Assembly (NCBI GenBank): GCA_037379345.1
Contig: CM074514.1
Coordinates: 34,348,001-34,412,000 of the forward strand
Source of the DNA: Perna viridis
Taxonomy: Eukaryota
Length of the DNA stretch: 64,000 nt
Direction of reading: 5' to 3'
Below, piece by piece: positions 63,885 to 64,000 of this stretch; position 1 is the stretch's first letter; the number at the start of each line of letters is the position of its first letter. The notes beneath the pieces were generated by a model. That model was not told the DNA's origin and ran no database searches. It saw only the letters and a list, made by a program, of their open reading frames with translations. The position numbers and the translations under genes were made by a program.

Positions 63885-64000
63885 TGGACTCAAGGTACCA
63901 TGCTCACCTTGAGCAGGAGGTCATGGGTTTGATTCCCAACCAAGTCATACCAAAGACTTTAAATTGTAAAGTGACAAGTCCATCTGCAAGCTATTGCTTC
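63885..64000 (+). mobile_element. Degenerate tRNA-derived SINE head (Meta-domain-like), running off the window end
   Basis: B-box-like gggttttgattccc followed by caagtcataccaaagactttaaa, resembling bivalve Meta-SINEs (recalled). Confidence 0.5.

Noticed and set aside
55000-64000. MCU N-terminal (targeting-peptide) exons, e.g. ORF 62744-62929
   Set aside because: No candidate with a good acceptor, open frame and phase-1 donor was found; probably outside the window, though a short poorly conserved exon could have been missed.

Overview
AT-rich eukaryotic (animal) genomic DNA. The repeat landscape (Helentron-derived HINEs, a Naiad-type Penelope element, Meta-type SINE, TA/TTAA MITEs) suggests a bivalve mollusc; this is inference. 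Two spliced genes lie in tandem on the minus strand. (1) A complete ER lumen protein-retaining (KDEL) receptor, KDELR/ERD2: 4 coding exons, 11262->4148, 212 aa. (2) The 3' five coding exons of the mitochondrial calcium uniporter MCU: 54986->20574, WDIMEP pore motif, one 27.4-kb intron; the N-terminal exons were not found and probably lie beyond the window end. The rest is intron/UTR filled with non-autonomous transposons, tandem repeats and long palindromes. No prokaryotic features, CRISPR arrays, rRNA or tRNA genes were found. The most unusual observations are: a decayed tandem array of an MCU exon/acceptor with an intact 'poison' acceptor, split by five TE insertions; a 4-kb TA-flanked TIR element whose removal rebuilds one of those exon copies; a frame-intact Naiad RT pseudogene facing an inverted tail; a near-perfect 131-bp fold-back at a HINE end; a 39-bp minisatellite derived from a HINE terminus; an element bounded by two different long hairpins; charge changes in the MCU matrix acidic patch; and an excess of TACATGTA. 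I found no evidence of a wholly new multi-gene system.
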